64,000 nucleotides of DNA from an uncultured Pelagibacteraceae bacterium (GCA_902577525.1 CACGZG010000002.1:19222-83221); one strand, 5' to 3'. Shown: positions 19,776 through 31,698, counted from the first letter of the stretch. The notes: generated by a model not told the origin, from the sequence alone. Numbers and translations: made by a program.

Positions 19776-20777
19776 TTAAAAACCCACTATTTCATGAATT
19801 TTATTTATCTTTTTTGAGGCTATTTCTGAAGCTTTAATACAACCTTCTTGAAGTATTTTATCAAGGTAATTTTTATCATTTAATAGTTTTTTTATTTCTT
19901 TAGTGATAGGTCCAATCTTATCATTTATACTTTGAGATAGATCTTCCTTAAACTCTGAAAAATTTTTTCTGGAAAATTCTTTTATTGCTTCCTCCAAAGA
20001 TATATCTTTGATGCTTGAGTATATAATTAGAAGATTATTAACCTCAGGTCTTTTTCCTAATTCATCTAGTTTAGTAGGCATCGGCAAAGTGTCTGTTTTG
20101 GCTTTTTTAATTTTATTAATAATTAAACTTTCATCATCTTTTAAATTTATTCTACTTAAATCTGATATTTCAGACTTGCTCATTTTTTTTTTACCATCTT
20201 TTAAACTCATAATTCTTGAAAAATTTTTTTGTATAAGTGGCTCTGGTACTTTTAAAAAATTATCAATCCCAAAATCATTATTAAATTTTTGAGCAATATC
20301 TCTACAGAGCTCTAAATGTTGTTTTTGATCATCCCCAACTGGAACATGTGTTGCATCATACAATAATATGTCTGCTGCCATTAAAATTGGATAAGAATAA
20401 AGTCCAATGCTTGCCTTTTCTTTATCTTTGCCAGCTTTTTCTTTGAATTGTGTCATTCTGTTTAACCAACCCATTCTAGCTACGCAACTTAATATCCAAG
20501 CAGCTTCAGAATGTGCTGAAACTTGAGATTGATTGAACATGATATTTTTTTTTGGATCAATTCCGCTTGCAATAAAGGTTGCTACAGTTTCACGAATATT
20601 TTCTTTAAGTTCAACCGGATTTTGTTTTACAGTTATAGCATGAAGATCGACGACACAAAAAATACATTCATTGTCTTTGTCTTCACTCAATTTAACAAAG
20701 TTTTTAATTGCTCCTAAATAATTTCCTAAATGAAGATTACCAGTTGGTTGAACACCTGAAAAAATTTTTTTTCCCAT
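19776..20777 (-). CDS. trpS: Tryptophan--tRNA ligase
   Basis: HLGN, GDDQKQH, KMSKS. Confidence 0.97.
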   Translation of the reverse strand: MGKKIFSGVQPTGNLHLGNYLGAIKNFVKLSEDKDNECIFCVVDLHAITVKQNPVELKENIRETVATFIASGIDPKKNIMFNQSQVSAHSEAAWILSCVARMGWLNRMTQFKEKAGKDKEKASIGLYSYPILMAADILLYDATHVPVGDDQKQHLELCRDIAQKFNNDFGIDNFLKVPEPLIQKNFSRIMSLKDGKKKMSKSEISDLSRINLKDDESLIINKIKKAKTDTLPMPTKLDELGKRPEVNNLLIIYSSIKDISLEEAIKEFSRKNFSEFKEDLSQSINDKIGPITKEIKKLLNDKNYLDKILQEGCIKASEIASKKINKIHEIVGF

Positions 20778-20780
20778 AAT

Positions 20781-22310
20781 CTAATACTTTAATTTAAGAT
20801 CTTGATAATTAAAAGCTTTGATAAAGAATGATACTAATAAATAGAATATTAAACATATTATAACAGATAAAATCAAATAAAATGATTTTAGGTAGTATTC
20901 ATACATTAAGTGATTTTCAAAATTTGAAATTAAAAAACTTAAAAAAACACCCATTATTAATGAGGCTAAAAAAATTCTTAAAAGTTTATTAAAAAATATT
21001 TTATTAAAACTAAATAAATCCTTTTTTTTTAAATAATAAAACAAACATATTGAATTAAACCAAGATGATATAGAAGTTGCAATTGGAATGATGATAAAAC
21101 CCAATGTTTTAAAATAATAAACACTTATTAAAACATTTAAGATTACTGAAACTAAAGAAATGTAAAAAGGAGTTTTTGTATCATGATTTGCAAAAAAGAA
21201 ACTCGAGAAAACTTTGATTAAAGCAAATGCGGGTAATCCAAAACTAAAATAATAAAGTGCTTTTGCGGTGTTAGAAACTGAAACTTCATCAAATGAACCA
21301 TAACCAAATAAAGCAGAGATTATTTCTTCTGAAGCAATCAATAAAGCAATAGTTGCTGGTAAACTAAGAAACATACTAAGTTCTAAAGCTTTGTTTTGAA
21401 TTAAGACGATTTTATCCTTTTTTTTTAATTTTATGTATTTTGAAAGTTGGGGAAGTATGACTACACCTATTGCTATACCTGCAATTGCGAGATTTATTTG
21501 ATAAATTCTATCAGCATAATAAAGATAAGAAACGGCACTGGCCTGAAAAGATGCAATAATTGTGCCAATCAAAATATTAATTTGTGTGACACCAGATGAA
21601 AAAATACTTGGTAAAAGTTTTTTGAAAAAAAATTTTACTTTATGATTTATGTGAAATTTAAAGTTAAATTTTAATAGATAAAATTTTTTTACAAATTTGT
21701 ACAGAAAAAATAGTTGCAAAAAGCCAGCTATTGATACCCCGTAAGAAAGATAATAAACAAGTTTATCATTTAAATACTTCCCAAAAAATAAAACACTTAT
21801 CAAAATTAAATTTAAAATAATGGGTGCTGCTGATGCTGCTGCAAATTTATTATGTGAATTCAATATGGCAGCAAAAAAAGATGACAAACTTACAAAAATT
21901 AAAAATGGAAATGTGATTCTTGTTAAGTGAATAGCAAGTTCAATTTTTTCGGAATTTTTAACAAAACCTGGTGCAATTAAGGAAATAAAGGCAGGCATAA
22001 ATATCTCAACAAGAATGACTAAAAAAAATAATCCCAAAAGTAATAAGTTAAAGATATCGTTAGCAAATTTATTTGATTTTGATTTGCCTCTTGCAAGTTC
22101 AGAAGTGTAACTAGGTATAAATGCAGAATTAAATGTTCCTTCCGCAAACAATCTTCTAAAAGTATTTGGTATTCTAAAGGCTACAAAAAAAGCATCTGCT
22201 AATAAACCAGCTCCAAGAAAAATTGCAATTAAAACATCTCTTAAATACCCAAGTAATCTACTGATAATAGTATAAAAACCAAAAGTGCCTGTTGACTTAA
22301 TTAAGTTCAT
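20781..22310 (-). CDS. murJ: Lipid II flippase MurJ (MviN)
   Basis: SRLLGYLRD, AFRIPNTFRRLFAEG, YYADR; many TM segments. Confidence 0.95.
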   Translation of the reverse strand: MNLIKSTGTFGFYTIISRLLGYLRDVLIAIFLGAGLLADAFFVAFRIPNTFRRLFAEGTFNSAFIPSYTSELARGKSKSNKFANDIFNLLLLGLFFLVILVEIFMPAFISLIAPGFVKNSEKIELAIHLTRITFPFLIFVSLSSFFAAILNSHNKFAAASAAPIILNLILISVLFFGKYLNDKLVYYLSYGVSIAGFLQLFFLYKFVKKFYLLKFNFKFHINHKVKFFFKKLLPSIFSSGVTQINILIGTIIASFQASAVSYLYYADRIYQINLAIAGIAIGVVILPQLSKYIKLKKKDKIVLIQNKALELSMFLSLPATIALLIASEEIISALFGYGSFDEVSVSNTAKALYYFSFGLPAFALIKVFSSFFFANHDTKTPFYISLVSVILNVLISVYYFKTLGFIIIPIATSISSWFNSICLFYYLKKKDLFSFNKIFFNKLLRIFLASLIMGVFLSFLISNFENHLMYEYYLKSFYLILSVIICLIFYLLVSFFIKAFNYQDLKLKY

Positions 22311-22360
22311 AAATCATATTAGTCTTAATTTTACCCCATTTGTACACCTAATTATTAAAA

Positions 22361-24646
22361 ATGAAAAAAACAAAAGTAGATCATTACACCGATAAAGAGG
22401 CTTTAGAATTTCATAGTCATAAAAAACCAGGGAAGATTGAAATTTCATCTTCAAAAAATATGACAACGAAACGTGATCTTGCTCTAGCATATTCTCCAGG
22501 TGTTGCTGCACCTGTAAGAGCTATAAGTGAAAATCCTGAAGCTGCATTCGATTATACAAGTAAAGGAAATCTTGTTGCTGTAATAAGTAATGGATCAGCA
22601 ATTTTAGGAATGGGAAATTTAGGTGCTCTTGCATCAAAACCAGTAATGGAAGGTAAGGCAGTACTTTTTAAAAGATTTGCAGACATTGACTCCATAGATT
22701 TAGAAATTGAGTCTTCAGATCCAAATGAAATAGTAAATAGTATTAAAAATTTTGCTCCTAGTTTTGGTGGAATAAATCTAGAGGATATAGCGGCACCAGA
22801 TTGTTTTATTATAGAAGATAAACTTAAGGAAATTTTAGATATACCTGTTTTTCACGATGATCAACATGGAACGGCAATAATTACAACTGCAGCATTAATA
22901 AATGCTCTTGATATAACAAAAAAATCAATAGAAAAAATTAAAGTAGTAGTAAATGGTGCAGGAGCGTCTGCAATGGCATGTACCAACTTGTTTAAAAAAA
23001 GTGGTGTTCCTAAAAAAAATATTACAATGATTGACAGAACAGGTGTTATTTTTGAGGGAAGAGAAAATTTAAATCACTGGAAATCAAGCCATGCAATAAA
23101 AACTGAGGATCGAACCCTTGATGATGCAATTAAAAATGCAGACGTCTTTTTAGGTTTGTCGGTTAAAGGAGCATTAACTAAAGATATGGTTAAAAAGATG
23201 GCTAAAAATCCAATAATATTTGCGTGTGCAAATCCAGACCCAGAAATCACACCTGAAGAAATTGAGGAAGTAAGAGATGATGCAATTATAGCAACAGGAC
23301 GATCTGATTATCCTAATCAAGTAAATAATTTAATTGGTTTTCCATACATTTTTAGAGGTGCTCTAGATGTACGTGCCAAAACAATTAATGAGGAAATGAA
23401 GGTTGCAGCTGCAAATGCAATTGCAAAGTTAGCAAAAGAAGATGTACCTGATGAGGTTATCGCTGCGATGGGTGGTGAAAGACCACATTACGGTAAAGAA
23501 TATATTATCCCATCAACATTTGATCCCAGATTAATTAGTGTGATACCTGCAGCAGTTGCTCAAGCAGCAATTGATACTAAGGTGGCAAGGATTAAGATTG
23601 ATGATTTTGATGTTTATAAAGAACAACTTAAACAAAGATTAGATCCAACTGTAACGATTATGCAAGGTGTCAACTCATATATTAAAAAAAAACAAAAAAG
23701 GGTAGTTTTTGCAGATGGTGAAGATGAAAATATGCTTAAAGCAGCGATAGCTTTTAAAAACTCAAAATTAGGAATTCCAATAATGGTTGGAAAAGAAGAA
23801 TTAATTAAGAGTCAAATTAAAAAAATTGGATATAATGAAAGTTTTGATATCGAGATAGTTAATTCTAAAGATAAAATTAAAAGAGACAAATATGTAAAAT
23901 ATCTTTTTAAAAAACTTCAAAGAGAAAAAGGTATGTTAGAATGGGATTGTGACAGGCTTGTGAGAAATGACAGAGTTATATGGGCTTCATGTATGGTGGC
24001 TTGTGAAGATGCTGATGCAATGGTAACAGGAAATACAAGAAGATATTCTTCTTCACTTGAAAAAATAATTAAAGTCGTTGATCCAAGGCCTGGAGAAATT
24101 ATGTTTGGTCTTAACCTTATTGTAAATAGAGGAAAAACCATATTTCTTTGTGACACTTCAGTTATAGAATATCCTGATGCAAAACAACTAGCAGACATGG
24201 CAAAATCAGCTGCAAGAGTTGTAAGACTTTTTGGTTTTGATCCAAAAATTGCATTCTTATCACATTCTACTTTCGGAGAGCCAGCTACTGATAGAACAAA
24301 AAGATTAAGCGATGCTGTTGAAATCTTAAAAAAAGATAAAGTTGATTTTAAATTTGATGGAGAAATGCAACCAGATGTTGCTCTTGAAGAAATATACAAA
24401 GAATTATATCCATTCTCAGAAATTGTTGGAAACTCAAATGTATTAATAATGCCAAGTCAACATAGTGCAGCTATCTCCTACAAAATGATAAAATCTATGA
24501 GTAGAGCAAAAGTTATAGGTCCCTTGCTTATTGGATTGGGCCAACCCATAGAAATAGCACCACTTAGGAGTTCAACGTCTGATATTATTAATTTAGCATC
24601 AATAGCTGCTTACTCAGCGGACGTAATTAATTACAAAAAAAATTAA
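22361..24646 (+). CDS. maeB: NADP-dependent malic enzyme with PTA-like C-terminal domain
   Basis: LALAYSPGVA, INLEDI, FHDDQHGT, YPNQVNN, FDGEMQPD. Confidence 0.95.
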   Translation: MKKTKVDHYTDKEALEFHSHKKPGKIEISSSKNMTTKRDLALAYSPGVAAPVRAISENPEAAFDYTSKGNLVAVISNGSAILGMGNLGALASKPVMEGKAVLFKRFADIDSIDLEIESSDPNEIVNSIKNFAPSFGGINLEDIAAPDCFIIEDKLKEILDIPVFHDDQHGTAIITTAALINALDITKKSIEKIKVVVNGAGASAMACTNLFKKSGVPKKNITMIDRTGVIFEGRENLNHWKSSHAIKTEDRTLDDAIKNADVFLGLSVKGALTKDMVKKMAKNPIIFACANPDPEITPEEIEEVRDDAIIATGRSDYPNQVNNLIGFPYIFRGALDVRAKTINEEMKVAAANAIAKLAKEDVPDEVIAAMGGERPHYGKEYIIPSTFDPRLISVIPAAVAQAAIDTKVARIKIDDFDVYKEQLKQRLDPTVTIMQGVNSYIKKKQKRVVFADGEDENMLKAAIAFKNSKLGIPIMVGKEELIKSQIKKIGYNESFDIEIVNSKDKIKRDKYVKYLFKKLQREKGMLEWDCDRLVRNDRVIWASCMVACEDADAMVTGNTRRYSSSLEKIIKVVDPRPGEIMFGLNLIVNRGKTIFLCDTSVIEYPDAKQLADMAKSAARVVRLFGFDPKIAFLSHSTFGEPATDRTKRLSDAVEILKKDKVDFKFDGEMQPDVALEEIYKELYPFSEIVGNSNVLIMPSQHSAAISYKMIKSMSRAKVIGPLLIGLGQPIEIAPLRSSTSDIINLASIAAYSADVINYKKN

Positions 24647-25236
24647 TTTTTTTGAATTCTTAAGTTTTCAACAAGTAGAATACTTACAATAATGTCTTCA
24701 ACATCTAAAATTTCTTTGGCTTCTGATATAACCTCATTTTTTTCATCTTCAGTCATGGAAATTCCATAGATATAAATTTTTCTTTTATAAGTATCAATCT
24801 GATAATTTGTAGCTTTAATATTTCTATTTATTATCAAAGCAGCTCTCAATTGAGATGTAATTAAAACATCTTTTGCTGATTGCTTAAAATTAAAATCTTC
24901 TTTTACTTTAATATCATTTCTAACTGATCTTACACCTGTAGTTTCCCAGGCTAATTTTGTTAATTTTAATTTTTCCTCTGGATTATCAACTTTACCAGTA
25001 AGAAATATTCTTCCATCCAAGACTTTTGATTTGACTGATAAAAAATAATTTTTATCTAATAATAAAATTTTAGCTGTTAAACCTTTTTGCATAATTGAGT
25101 CATCAATCTGAGTTCCGACTGATCTTGGGTCAAAAGCTACACTCACACCAGTCCCAAAAATACCTTTAGAGGAGACACCCACGCACCCTGAAATGAATAT
25201 GGTAAAAGTAACTAATATTAATAATCTACTAATCAT
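24643..25236 (-). CDS. BON-domain lipoprotein (YraP/DolP-like)
   Basis: Lipobox ISGC, DPRSVGTQIDD, two BON-like repeats. Confidence 0.85.
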   Translation of the reverse strand: MISRLLILVTFTIFISGCVGVSSKGIFGTGVSVAFDPRSVGTQIDDSIMQKGLTAKILLLDKNYFLSVKSKVLDGRIFLTGKVDNPEEKLKLTKLAWETTGVRSVRNDIKVKEDFNFKQSAKDVLITSQLRAALIINRNIKATNYQIDTYKRKIYIYGISMTEDEKNEVISEAKEILDVEDIIVSILLVENLRIQKN

Positions 25237-26072
25237 TTAATTTTAATACAATAATTATAAATTTCTTTTTTTGATATTTTTTTATTTTCACTAATTATAT
25301 CAACTATCTCTTTTACACTGAACTTATTGATTAATCTACTAATGATTTTTTTATCAGTTTCATTTAATGTTTGTTTAATTTTTCTAAAATCTTTTTTTTC
25401 TGAAATAACGATAGTAAGTTCGCCTTTTAATTCGAATTTTTCTAAGTTAAGTTTATTAATCTCTGTGTTAATAAATTCCTCATAATATTTAGTCATTTCT
25501 TTACAAATTAATATTTTACGATCACTAAAATAATCTTTAAGATAAGTAAGAATTTTTCTTATTTTTTTTGATGATACAAAAAATACTATAGAAATATTTA
25601 ACTCAGCTAATTTTTTTAAATCTTTAATTAAATTTTTTTTTTCTGGAAAAAAGCCATAAAAAAAGAATTGATCAGAAAATCCACTGATTGAAACTGCTGA
25701 TGTTACTGAGGATGGTCCTGGAATTGGAAAAATTTTAATATTTCTCTCTATACATTCATTGATTAAAATTGTTCCTGGATCTGAAATACATGGAGTTCCT
25801 GCGTCGGAAATTAGAGATACTATCAATCCTTTGTCTAACAGCTCTAAAACTTTCGGTAAATTTTTTTTTTCATTAAATTTATGGTAAGCAATTAACTTCG
25901 CGTCAATATCATATTTATTAAATAGAACTTTTGAAATTCTTGTATCTTCACATAGTATAAAATCAGAATTTTTAAGAATATCTATCGCTCTAAATGTAAT
26001 ATCTCTTAAATTTCCTATTGGTGTTGATACTAAATAAAGCCCTTTTTCAATTTCTTGATTATTAATTGACAT
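25233..26072 (-). CDS. rsmI: 16S rRNA C1402 2'-O-methyltransferase
   Basis: LVSTPIGNLRDIT, CEDTR, SDAGTP, GELTI. Confidence 0.95.
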   Translation of the reverse strand: MSINNQEIEKGLYLVSTPIGNLRDITFRAIDILKNSDFILCEDTRISKVLFNKYDIDAKLIAYHKFNEKKNLPKVLELLDKGLIVSLISDAGTPCISDPGTILINECIERNIKIFPIPGPSSVTSAVSISGFSDQFFFYGFFPEKKNLIKDLKKLAELNISIVFFVSSKKIRKILTYLKDYFSDRKILICKEMTKYYEEFINTEINKLNLEKFELKGELTIVISEKKDFRKIKQTLNETDKKIISRLINKFSVKEIVDIISENKKISKKEIYNYCIKIK

Positions 26073-26118
26073 TCAATTTCTCACCATAATCTTTCGATAA
26101 GTAATATAGTATCATTAA

Positions 26119-27273
26119 ATGTATAAATATTTAAAACTTATTGTAATCTTATTCTTTTATTTTCTAAGCTTCTCGTCAGAAAAAGTTATAGCAGTGGAAA
26201 AAATAAAAATTGGTTTATTAGTTCCAATGACGGGTGATGATAAAGAAATAGGTATTCAAATCATCAAGTCAATAAGAATTGCTCTTAAAGATATTAACTC
26301 TAAAAATTTAGAAATTTATCCAAAAGATACAAATTCAAATCCAACAAAAACAATTAATGCTGCAAATGAATTAAAAAAAATGGGTATTAATATTGTAATT
26401 GGTCCAGTTTTTTATAAAAGTCTAAGTTATCTTGATGAAATTGAAGGGATGACGTTTGTATCTCTTACAAATAAAACTTTAAATTTACCTAAAAGTGTAA
26501 TTAGCAGCGGTATTAATGCAACTTCACAAATTAATGCTATAAAAAAATTTACAGAAATGAATAAACTTAATAAAGTTATTTTTTTAACACCAAATCTTAA
26601 TTACGAAAGCGAAATCAAAAGAGCAATTAAAAAATCAAAAATAAAAATTTCAAAGCTTTACGTTTATGATACAGAACCAACTAAACTTACTGCACAAATA
26701 GAAAAAATTACAAATTATAAGATAAGAAAACAAAACCTTTCAGATGAGATAAAAAGAGTAGAAGACTCTGATTTACCAGATAAAGAAAGACAATTAGAAA
26801 AATTAAAAAAAAAATATACAATAGGAAATGTAAACTTTGACACAGTTATAATATCAGATTTTGAAGAAAGCTTAAAAAGTGTAATTACTTCTTTTCTTTA
26901 TACAGATGTATCACCTAAAAAGAAATATATTATTTCTTTTAATCAATGGTTTGATGAAAGTTTTTTAAATGAAAAAACAATTCAACCAATTTATTATCCT
27001 TCAATTGATAAAGATAATCTTGATAGTTTTAAAAAAAAATTTTTTGATGAATTTAATGAATATCCAAACTATTTATCTTTATTAAGTTATGATTTGGTTG
27101 GTCTAATATATTACTTAACTTTAGAAAACTCAATTTTAGATGCTGATAAATTGTTTAAAAGAAAAAATTCATTTAAAGGAAAAATAGGCGTATTTGATGT
27201 TGAAAATAATCAAATTAATCATCGACTTAACTTTTATAAAATTAATGGTGGTAAATTCATAAAAATTTTTTAA
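26119..27273 (+). CDS. LppC/LpoA-like periplasmic-binding-protein-fold protein
   Basis: KIGLLVPMTG, IVIGPV, YDLVGL; signal peptide; divergent from rsmI. Confidence 0.75.
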   Translation: MYKYLKLIVILFFYFLSFSSEKVIAVEKIKIGLLVPMTGDDKEIGIQIIKSIRIALKDINSKNLEIYPKDTNSNPTKTINAANELKKMGINIVIGPVFYKSLSYLDEIEGMTFVSLTNKTLNLPKSVISSGINATSQINAIKKFTEMNKLNKVIFLTPNLNYESEIKRAIKKSKIKISKLYVYDTEPTKLTAQIEKITNYKIRKQNLSDEIKRVEDSDLPDKERQLEKLKKKYTIGNVNFDTVIISDFEESLKSVITSFLYTDVSPKKKYIISFNQWFDESFLNEKTIQPIYYPSIDKDNLDSFKKKFFDEFNEYPNYLSLLSYDLVGLIYYLTLENSILDADKLFKRKNSFKGKIGVFDVENNQINHRLNFYKINGGKFIKIF

Positions 27274-27859
27274 TTTTTTTAAAAGCTTTGTATCTATGAT
27301 CAATTTTTTGTTTTTGATGAGGAGCCATCTGTCCAAAAGTAATTTTTCTATTTTTAGGAATAAAGATTGGATCATAACCAAAACCTCTTTTTCCTTTTGG
27401 CTTAAGGGATATTTTACCTTCTATTTTTCCTAACACACAAGCAATTTCTTTATCTAGATATGAAATAGACAAAGCACAAATAAATCTAGCTGTAATTTTT
27501 TTATTTTTCCAATTTTTATCTTTCTTATTTAACTCTTTGTAAACCCTTTTAATAGCTTTACTAAAATCCCCATTCTTCCCTCCCCATCTTGCAGAAAAAA
27601 TCCCAGGACTTTTAGCTAAGAAATCTATTTCTAAACCTGAGTCATCAGCCAAACATATTAATCCTGTTTTTTTTGAAAAATATTTAGATTTTATCAAAGA
27701 GTTTTCTTTAAAAGTTTTACCATTTTCATTAGGACTTTTAATATTAAAATCCGAAGTAGAATAAATTTTGATATTTTTTGGTAATAATCTCTTGATTTCA
27801 CGCAGTTTACCTTTGTTGTTAGTACCTATAAGCAATTTATAAATTTTTTGTTTAGGCAT
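27257..27859 (-). CDS. rdgB: dITP/XTP pyrophosphatase
   Basis: GTNNKGK, ADDSGL, FGYDPIF, C-terminal HR. Confidence 0.94.
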   Translation of the reverse strand: MPKQKIYKLLIGTNNKGKLREIKRLLPKNIKIYSTSDFNIKSPNENGKTFKENSLIKSKYFSKKTGLICLADDSGLEIDFLAKSPGIFSARWGGKNGDFSKAIKRVYKELNKKDKNWKNKKITARFICALSISYLDKEIACVLGKIEGKISLKPKGKRGFGYDPIFIPKNRKITFGQMAPHQKQKIDHRYKAFKKIKKFL

Positions 27860-27887
27860 CTAGAAATTATCAAAATCCTTACCATAT
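27860..27887 (+). promoter_or_regulatory. sigma32 (RpoH)-like promoter of grpE
   Basis: CTAGAA-N14-TACCATAT, ending 8 nt before the grpE ATG. Confidence 0.6.
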
Positions 27888-27895
27888 AAGAGCTT

Positions 27896-28549
27896 ATGGA
27901 AAAAGAAGAAAACCAGAATAAGACTTTTAAAGACCAAAATCAAGATACTGAAGAAGTGTCTAAAAATACCGAAGAAAATTTAGAAGCTGAAAATAAACAG
28001 GAGACTGTAGAAGACCAAAAAGAGGAAATTAAAGAACTTACCCCAGAAGAAAAAATTACTGAGCTTGAGGATAAGGTTGCAAGAACCTTTGCTGAGATGG
28101 AAAATCAAAGAAGAAGATTTGAAAAAGAAAAAGAGGATGCATTTGAATATGGTGGTTATAGTTTTGCAAAAGAAGCTCTTAGTTTAATCGATAACCTTGA
28201 TCGTTCTAAACAAGTACTTGAAAATGATGAAAAATTAAAAGAAACAGAGGCTTTAAAGAAAATAATTGATCATTTAGATATTATAAAAAAAGATTTACTA
28301 ACAGTATTTGAAAAAAATAATATTAAACCTATTGATAGTCTCAATAAAAGACTTGATCCAAATTTACACCAAGCAATGATGGAGGTTGAAGATGATACAA
28401 AAGAGCCGGGAACAATAATTCAAGAAATTCAAAAAGGTTTTACTATTAAAGACAGATTGCTTAGACCCACATTGGTCGGTGTATCAAAAAAAGTGATAAA
28501 AAAAGAGGAAAAAACTGACGAAAATAAGCAAAATTTAGAAAATAAATAA
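27896..28549 (+). CDS. grpE: Nucleotide exchange factor GrpE
   Basis: AEMENQRRR, DPNLHQAM, RLLRPTLVGV. Confidence 0.96.
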   Translation: MEKEENQNKTFKDQNQDTEEVSKNTEENLEAENKQETVEDQKEEIKELTPEEKITELEDKVARTFAEMENQRRRFEKEKEDAFEYGGYSFAKEALSLIDNLDRSKQVLENDEKLKETEALKKIIDHLDIIKKDLLTVFEKNNIKPIDSLNKRLDPNLHQAMMEVEDDTKEPGTIIQEIQKGFTIKDRLLRPTLVGVSKKVIKKEEKTDENKQNLENK

Positions 28550-28561
28550 TTATGAGATTAA

Positions 28562-28589
28562 CTTGTAGTTTCACATTTAAACCCTATAT
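28562..28589 (+). promoter_or_regulatory. sigma32 (RpoH)-like promoter of dnaK
   Basis: CTTGTA-N14-CCCTATAT. Confidence 0.72.
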
Positions 28590-28612
28590 GAACGGTTAGA
28601 CACAATAAAATT

Positions 28613-30538
28613 ATGAGTAAAATTATCGGAATAGACTTAGGAACCACAAACTCTTGTGTTGCAATAATGGAAGGAACACAAGCTAAAGTATTAGAGAATG
28701 CGGAAGGTGCGAGAACGACACCGTCTGTGGTAGCCTTTACAGATGAAAATCAAAAATTAATTGGTCAACCAGCAAAGAGACAAGCAGTAACAAATCCTGA
28801 GAATACAATTTTTGCTGTTAAAAGGTTAATTGGTAGAAACTTTGATGATCCAACAGTCAAGAAAGACATTGAAGCAGCGCCTTTTAAGATTGTAAATTCT
28901 GAAAAAGGCGACGCTTGGATTGAGGCAAAAGGTGAGAAGTATTCACCATCACAAATTTCAGCTTTTATATTACAAAAAATGAAAGAAACCGCAGAAAAAT
29001 ATTTAGGTCAAGCCGTTACAAAAGCAGTAATAACTGTGCCTGCCTATTTTAATGATGCCCAAAGACAAGCAACAAAAGATGCGGGAAAAATAGCTGGTCT
29101 TGAAGTTTTAAGGATTATAAATGAACCAACTGCTGCATCACTTGCTTATGGTTTAGACAAAAAACAAAACAAAAAGATTGCAGTTTATGATTTGGGTGGT
29201 GGAACATTTGATGTTTCAATTCTTGAATTAGGCGATGGTGTTTTTGAAGTTAAGTCTACAAACGGAGATACTTTTTTAGGTGGTGAAGATTTTGACAATA
29301 CGATCGTAGAATATTTAATTTCTGAGTTTAAAAAAGATACTGGGATTGATCTTAAGTCAGATAAGTTAGCCCTACAAAGACTCAAGGAAGCTGCAGAAAA
29401 AGCAAAGATTGAACTATCTGCAGCAGAACAAACTGATATTAATTTACCATTTATTACAGCCGATAAGACAGGTCCAAAACATATTAATCTAAAAATGACA
29501 AGAGCAAAACTTGAAGCTTTAGTAGAGGATTTAATTGCAAAAACAATGCCACCTTGCAAAACAGCTTTAAAAGATGCTGGAATAACTGCAAATGAAATTG
29601 ACGAGATAGTAATGGTAGGTGGTATGACTAGAATGCCAAAAGTTATAGAAGAAGTTAAAAATTTTTTTGGTAAAGACCCTAATAAAAGTGTAAATCCAGA
29701 TGAAGTTGTTGCAATGGGTGCAGCTATCCAAGCAGGTGTTCTTCAAGGAGATGTTAAAGATGTTCTTTTATTGGATGTTACTCCACTTTCGTTAGGAATT
29801 GAGACATTGGGTGGTGTTTCAACAAAATTGATAGAGAAAAACACAACTATCCCAACAAAAAAAAGTCAGGTTTTTTCTACTGCTGAGGATAATCAACCAG
29901 CTGTATCTATTAGAGTCCTTCAAGGTGAAAGGGAAATGGCTACTGACAATAAAGCATTGGGTAATTTTGAATTAGTAGGTATCGCACCTGCTCCTAGAGG
30001 TGTCCCTCAAATAGAAGTAACTTTTGATATAGATGCAAATGGTATTGTTAATGTTTCTGCTAAAGATAAAGGCACAGGTAAAGAGCAAAAAATTCAAATT
30101 CAAGCCTCTGGTGGATTGAGTGATGAAGAAATTGAAAAAATGGTAAAAGACGCTGAAGCAAACAAAGAAGCTGATAAGAAAAAAAGAGAGTCGGTAGATG
30201 TTAGAAATCAAGCTGATACTATAATACACTCAACTGAAAAAAATCTTAAAGAACATGGTACTAAAATCTCTGATGCTGAAAAGAAAGCAATTGAAGATGG
30301 ATCTAACGCTCTAAAGGAGTCCTTAAAAGGTGAGGATATTGAAGATATTAAGAAAAAAACCGAGGCATTAGTGCAAGCTTCAATGAAACTTGGTGAAGCA
30401 ATATATAAATCACAACAAAATAATAAACCAGATTCTGGAAAAGATGATGGAAATGACAATAAAGGAAAGAAAGACGATAATGTTGTTGATGCGGATTTTG
30501 AGGAAGTAAAAGACGAAAATAAAGAAAAAAGCGCTTAA
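28613..30538 (+). CDS. dnaK: Chaperone DnaK
   Basis: [27 protein letters not shown]. Confidence 0.98.
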   Translation: MSKIIGIDLGTTNSCVAIMEGTQAKVLENAEGARTTPSVVAFTDENQKLIGQPAKRQAVTNPENTIFAVKRLIGRNFDDPTVKKDIEAAPFKIVNSEKGDAWIEAKGEKYSPSQISAFILQKMKETAEKYLGQAVTKAVITVPAYFNDAQRQATKDAGKIAGLEVLRIINEPTAASLAYGLDKKQNKKIAVYDLGGGTFDVSILELGDGVFEVKSTNGDTFLGGEDFDNTIVEYLISEFKKDTGIDLKSDKLALQRLKEAAEKAKIELSAAEQTDINLPFITADKTGPKHINLKMTRAKLEALVEDLIAKTMPPCKTALKDAGITANEIDEIVMVGGMTRMPKVIEEVKNFFGKDPNKSVNPDEVVAMGAAIQAGVLQGDVKDVLLLDVTPLSLGIETLGGVSTKLIEKNTTIPTKKSQVFSTAEDNQPAVSIRVLQGEREMATDNKALGNFELVGIAPAPRGVPQIEVTFDIDANGIVNVSAKDKGTGKEQKIQIQASGGLSDEEIEKMVKDAEANKEADKKKRESVDVRNQADTIIHSTEKNLKEHGTKISDAEKKAIEDGSNALKESLKGEDIEDIKKKTEALVQASMKLGEAIYKSQQNNKPDSGKDDGNDNKGKKDDNVVDADFEEVKDENKEKSA

Positions 30539-30565
30539 CTGACATCTATTTGTCCAGGTTAATAA

Positions 30566-31696
30566 ATGGCTAAAAGAGATTATTACGATGTCCTTGGTGT
30601 AAACAAAAGCGCTTCTCCTGATGAACTAAAATCAGCTTATAGAAAACTTGCTGTAAAATATCATCCTGACAAAAATCCAGGAGATAAAGTTGCTGAAGAT
30701 AAATTTAAAGAGGCTAGTGAAGCGTATGGTGTTCTCTCAGACAAATCCAAAAAAGAAAACTATGATAACTTTGGACACGCAGCATTTGAAAATGGGGGTG
30801 GAAGAGGAGGTTTTGGAGGTTTTGGTGGCTTTAGCGGTGCTGATTTCTCAGATATATTTGAGGATTTTTTTGGTGATTTTGGCGGAGGTAGTAGAAGTTC
30901 AAGAAAGAAATCTAATAATAGAGGTTCAGATCTAAGATACGATTTATCGATCACATTGGAAGAAGCTTTTACTGGTAAAAAACAAAATATTCAATTTTCT
31001 ACATCAGAAAAATGTAATACTTGTAAAGGAAATGGTTCCAAGCCTGGATATAATCCAGATAGATGTTCTTACTGTGGAGGAAACGGAAAAGTTAGAACTA
31101 ATCAGGGTTTTTTTACTGTTCAGCAAACCTGTCCTCAGTGTGCTGGTAGTGGTGAAGAAATTACTAATCCTTGTAATGATTGTAATGGGCAGGGAAATAA
31201 ACAAGCTTCAAAAAAAATATCTGTTACTATACCTAAAGGTGTAGACGATGGAACAAGAATTAGACTAGCTGGTAAAGGTGAAGCTGGGGTGAGAGGTGGA
31301 ACTAGTGGAGATTTGTATCTATTCATAAACGTTGAAAATCATCAACTTTTTAAAAGATCAGATGTAAACTTATTCTTTGAATTTCCTATTTCTATTGCGG
31401 ATGCCGCTTTAGGAACATCAATTGAAATACCTACTATTGATGGCGGAAAAGCAAAAATTAAGATACCAGAAGGGACTCAAAATGGAAAACAATTTAGATT
31501 AAAAGGTAAAGGTATGCCATTTATGCGAAGAGGAGATTTTGGTGATTTGTATGTACAAGTCAAAACCGAAGTTCCAATTTCACTGAACAAAGAGCAAAAA
31601 GTATTATTAGAAAAATTTAGAAAAATTGATAATGAAAGATCAAATCCAAGTATAAAAAAATTTTTTCAAAAAGCTAAAAATTTTTGGAAAAATTAA
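30566..31696 (+). CDS. dnaJ: Chaperone DnaJ
   Basis: J domain HPD, G/F region, four CxxCxGxG repeats. Confidence 0.98.
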   Translation: MAKRDYYDVLGVNKSASPDELKSAYRKLAVKYHPDKNPGDKVAEDKFKEASEAYGVLSDKSKKENYDNFGHAAFENGGGRGGFGGFGGFSGADFSDIFEDFFGDFGGGSRSSRKKSNNRGSDLRYDLSITLEEAFTGKKQNIQFSTSEKCNTCKGNGSKPGYNPDRCSYCGGNGKVRTNQGFFTVQQTCPQCAGSGEEITNPCNDCNGQGNKQASKKISVTIPKGVDDGTRIRLAGKGEAGVRGGTSGDLYLFINVENHQLFKRSDVNLFFEFPISIADAALGTSIEIPTIDGGKAKIKIPEGTQNGKQFRLKGKGMPFMRRGDFGDLYVQVKTEVPISLNKEQKVLLEKFRKIDNERSNPSIKKFFQKAKNFWKN

Positions 31697-31698
31697 AA

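Noticed and set aside
20586-20601. AGTTTCACGAATATTT in trpS as a second parS
   Set aside because: Only a half-site, not palindromic, and far from parAB.
22314-22511. 65-aa minus-strand ORF upstream of murJ
   Set aside because: It mostly overlaps maeB antisense and has no motif.
27860-28612. CIRCE/HrcA control of grpE-dnaK
   Set aside because: No TTAGCACTC-N9-GAGTGCTAA and no hrcA in the window.
30535-30562. Imperfect stem between dnaK and dnaJ
   Set aside because: Bulged, weak stem without a U-tract; cannot be called a terminator.
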